A stretch of 64,000 bases of DNA from Psammoneis japonica (lineage: Eukaryota): NCBI GenBank assembly GCA_008632985.1, contig QPGO01000077.1:186001-250000 (forward strand). The letters are read 5' to 3'. Made by a program: the position numbers and the translations under genes. Positions 60,979 to 64,000 of this stretch are shown here, piece by piece. The notes below the pieces were generated by a model. It made no database searches. It saw only the letters and a program-made list of their open reading frames with translations, and was not told the origin of the DNA. Each line of letters starts with the position of its first letter. Position 1 is the first letter of the stretch.

Positions 60979-62157
60979 TCAAGTCAACATACCTTCAACA
61001 AATCCTTGAGCAACTTGAACTGGGTCTTGACGAAGTAATTGATAGATGACATCAACCGTAGTTTCTTCTCGTTGTAGCTTGCGCTTCTTCGTGCCCTGCT
61101 GCAGCGACGATGTGCTTGAACAGGCGGCGGCTGCCGTCTGAAAGGGATACAAGCCTGTGACTGCATCACGAAGTTGCAACGTATCCGGTGCTGCTTGGAG
61201 GAGCAAATCGTGACACGGCCAGCCATTCTCGAGTGCCAAATGAAGAGCAATTCGTCCTTCATGCGTCGCAAGTCTTGCACTCGGTAAATGAGCTTGAATC
61301 AAGGCATAAATCAAGTTTCGCGCCGAAGCAATGCAGGGACCACCGCAAAATTTGCCACGCAAAATCGCGTGTAATGCATAATCTCCGTCTTGGTCCCGCT
61401 CTGTAAAAAGTCGAGGCTCCAAGAGACTCAACTGATGAAATAACCAGAGAAAGTCTTTGGACTCCTTGGGATCTGCAAATATTTGCGGCTTGGAGCGCGT
61501 AATGTGTCGTATGAGCGCATTAAGCGTGTGGAAGGAACGGCCCTGAGGAACAGTAACCGATCCATACTCTGCAACCATCAACATAGTCTTTACTTTCTCA
61601 AACCAATCGGGACTAATCTTGCGCGACTTGATAGAGCTTGATGGTGAAAAGAGCATGCGATCTAGAGGACACGGGGAAGCAATCGTGCCCTGGAGAGCAC
61701 CTTGAGGATATTCTTCCAGAATTACTTTTGCACCTTGAGCACTAACGTGGTTCATTGCTATCCAAGGAAACGGACAATCTGTACTGTTTGCCTGCTGTTG
61801 GACAATGTGACGGGTCAGTACTCGCAAAACATCGGGCGACGAATGCTGACACGCTGTAAAGAAGCACGACACGTTCAGAAGAAGAGCATCGGGATAGGCA
61901 ATGAGCGCAAGCTCAACGACTTCTGGTGGAGCGTTCCTTGACACTAGCTCCACGAGAAACAAACGACCCATGGGATCAGTATCTATCGAACATTGCGTAT
62001 TCTTCTCTGTGGCAATGGGTTGACTTTGCAAGAGGGCCTTGACCCTTTCCCAATCAACAGCATGGAGACTTTCAGTGTTAGTTGAAGTTAGCAGTGACAA
62101 CGCCACTGCTTTACGATTTACCAAATCATGGTTTTCTAGGCAATCGACAAGACTCAT
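60979..62157 (-). CDS. Hypothetical protein with degenerate ankyrin-like repeats (diatom expanded family)
   Basis: 'GDYALHAIL', 'GRIALHLAL', 'TGLYPFQTAA...VIYQLLRQDP'. Confidence 0.8.
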   Translation of the reverse strand: MSLVDCLENHDLVNRKAVALSLLTSTNTESLHAVDWERVKALLQSQPIATEKNTQCSIDTDPMGRLFLVELVSRNAPPEVVELALIAYPDALLLNVSCFFTACQHSSPDVLRVLTRHIVQQQANSTDCPFPWIAMNHVSAQGAKVILEEYPQGALQGTIASPCPLDRMLFSPSSSIKSRKISPDWFEKVKTMLMVAEYGSVTVPQGRSFHTLNALIRHITRSKPQIFADPKESKDFLWLFHQLSLLEPRLFTERDQDGDYALHAILRGKFCGGPCIASARNLIYALIQAHLPSARLATHEGRIALHLALENGWPCHDLLLQAAPDTLQLRDAVTGLYPFQTAAAACSSTSSLQQGTKKRKLQREETTVDVIYQLLRQDPVQVAQGFVEGMLT

Positions 62158-62682
62158 TTCTCGACTTTATGAAAAATCAAAGAGCTGAGTTAGTCAACGA
62201 AAACTAGTAGGCACATCATGATTTCCTAGAGTTGAGCTATATTCGAGTCGTTGTCGTTGATAAAAAGAGAAGGAGGGGTCTCGATCGATTCGAGGAGTGG
62301 CACGTTTCGACTGACGACAAGAACCGACCGAAAAAAATTCTGTGCCGTCGGGACCACCATTCGATTCGTGTCCACGACTGAATTGCATGGCTGGGAACAG
62401 AAATGAAGTTCGAAAGCTCAAAAAGGAATCATGGTGCAACGTGCTAGTTGTTCTTTCAAGAAGCTCGTATGACATTCTGTAGAACACATCGTATCGACAA
62501 AAGACAGCAGATCACGGATTCCTTCTTTGTCGTTTTCGTCTGTACGTATGCCCTTGTGCTGCGCGATTGGACCTCACCATTATTACCAACTCACTCAAGA
62601 TCTCTCAAAAAGATTCGACGTTCGATGTTCGATGTAACAGACCGCCACTTTGCCTTTCAGCATACGATAAAGAATTCCAGAT

Positions 62683-63699
62683 ATGTTTGCTCGAGTCGCC
62701 GTCTTTCGGTTCTGTCAAAGGGCTCCTATCGGTATCCATTCGTATGCAACGCGCGGCTTCCATGCGTCTCTGAAACTGAACGACAAAGTGCGTAATAATG
62801 CGGGTTGCTGCTGCTTGTCTTTTCCCCGTTTTCTTGCTCTCAATAAAATTGCTGGCGGTGTTTGCCTCCTTTTTTAGTCAATCAAGGTCCTCCCGACGCA
62901 AGTTGTTGTCGCAGCGTTTACAGAGCCGGATGCTGCTGATGAAGCTGCCGCGGCCCTTTGGGATTCAGACGTCGTGTGCTCCAATATTGCCGTAGTTCGC
63001 AAGAACAAAGACAGCAAGGTTAAAATTACGGAATCTGGAAAGATTGGAAAGCTTCACGGAGCTAGTGTCGGATCGTTGCTGGCAGGAGCCTCAGTTCTTT
63101 TGCTGGGACCCACCAGTATTGCTGCCGGTGCAGTTGGAGGAGCCTTGGCGGGTGCCACGACAGCGGGCATGGGTGCCGCCACCGGTGCCGCGATTGGAGC
63201 CTTGGCTGGGGCAGAGGGCACCATGTTGGCGAATGTAATTGCCTCCTTAAGTGGGGGCATTGCCGGGAGCCTCGCTGCCAGCGAGATTGAAACGCTGAGT
63301 CCCGAAAAGATGGACAAGCTGGGAAACATCTTGCAGCCCAGTCAGTCTGCCCTTGTTGCAGTCTTTGATCAAGTCGTTGTTCCCATGGACCAACTGGACG
63401 CGGAGAAGCAAGCTAGACGCGACGAAGTTTTCACAATGCTGGGAACTGACATTGGCAATACACTGCGAAACGGAGAAGATATTGCCATTATGGTTGCTGC
63501 CAGCGACGACGATGAAGAAATGGTGGTGACGCGAATGGCAGTTGGCAGTGAAGCCGCCGACATTTCTCTGCTTGTTATCACGGGAGATGCTGCAGATAGA
63601 GATGATGGTGAACCCGAAGATGAAATCACTTACGAGGTGCAAGACGGACAGGTGCTTTTAGGAGATGGCAAGAAAGGCGAGGTAGAGAACTCTACGTGA
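62683..63699 (+). CDS. DUF1269-like Gly/Ala-rich membrane protein with a mitochondrial-type presequence; intron 62788-62877
   Basis: 'MFARVAVFRFCQR..RGFHAS'; in-frame GT..AG intron; 'AVVRKNKDSKVKI', glycine-zipper helices, 'LQPSQSALV'. Confidence 0.7.
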
Positions 63700-64000
63700 G
63701 CGGGAAATCGGTCTGCGAAATGATCCCCCAGTTTTCTAGAATTTAAATCGTAATAGATCTCTATCGAGGACATGTAAGTGAGGGCGCCTCACCAACTAAG
63801 ACTTATTTACCCGGCTTTCAGTGTGTGACTCGTATATTACTTTCTCAGAGCAAATTAGCACAGAAGTGATTTTCGTTCAATGCGATGCAATCGACGAGAA
63901 ACAGCCTCTACTAGAAAGGTCTCAAAGCCTGTTGGCGTTATTCCTTGTCTCTCGACGAGCTGCCGCAACCACGACTTGAGAAACAATTCATGCCTAAAAA

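Overview
Eukaryotic genomic DNA, most likely from a pennate diatom. This assignment rests on short GT-AG introns, EukCatA-type single-domain channels, Pro/Ser-rich secreted proteins and diatom-type transposons. The window has two sharply separated compartments. (1) Degenerate repeat domains at 1-~23.6 kb, ~28.8-30.1 kb and ~41.7-45.75 kb. These contain a Harbinger/ISL2EU-like DDE transposase with a convergent SWIM-finger gene, a truncated Plavaka-like element, a large decayed gene with possible DNA-modification motifs, an EXO1/XPG-family nuclease pseudogene, a VPS15-like kinase fragment and a LINE 3' end. (2) Ordinary host genes: ATG5, a Ser/Thr (pseudo)kinase, a membrane protein, a ~3,600-aa adhesin-like protein with bacterial-type domains, a metallophosphoesterase-like membrane protein, three voltage-gated cation channel paralogues, an FG-GAP surface protein, an SDR, an ankyrin-like protein and a DUF1269-like protein. 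The main signal is that the repeat domains have lost almost all TpA dinucleotides by TA->TG/CA transitions (A:T->G:C), in addition to ordinary CpG decay. Conserved Tyr residues become Cys or His, and paired repeat copies show the change directly. The process spares a ~7-kb coding tandem repeat but appears to leak into one channel paralogue. This looks like a repeat-targeted hypermutation (genome-defence) system running in the opposite direction to fungal RIP. All family assignments come from motif recognition by eye; no searches were run, and dinucleotide counts are approximate hand counts.
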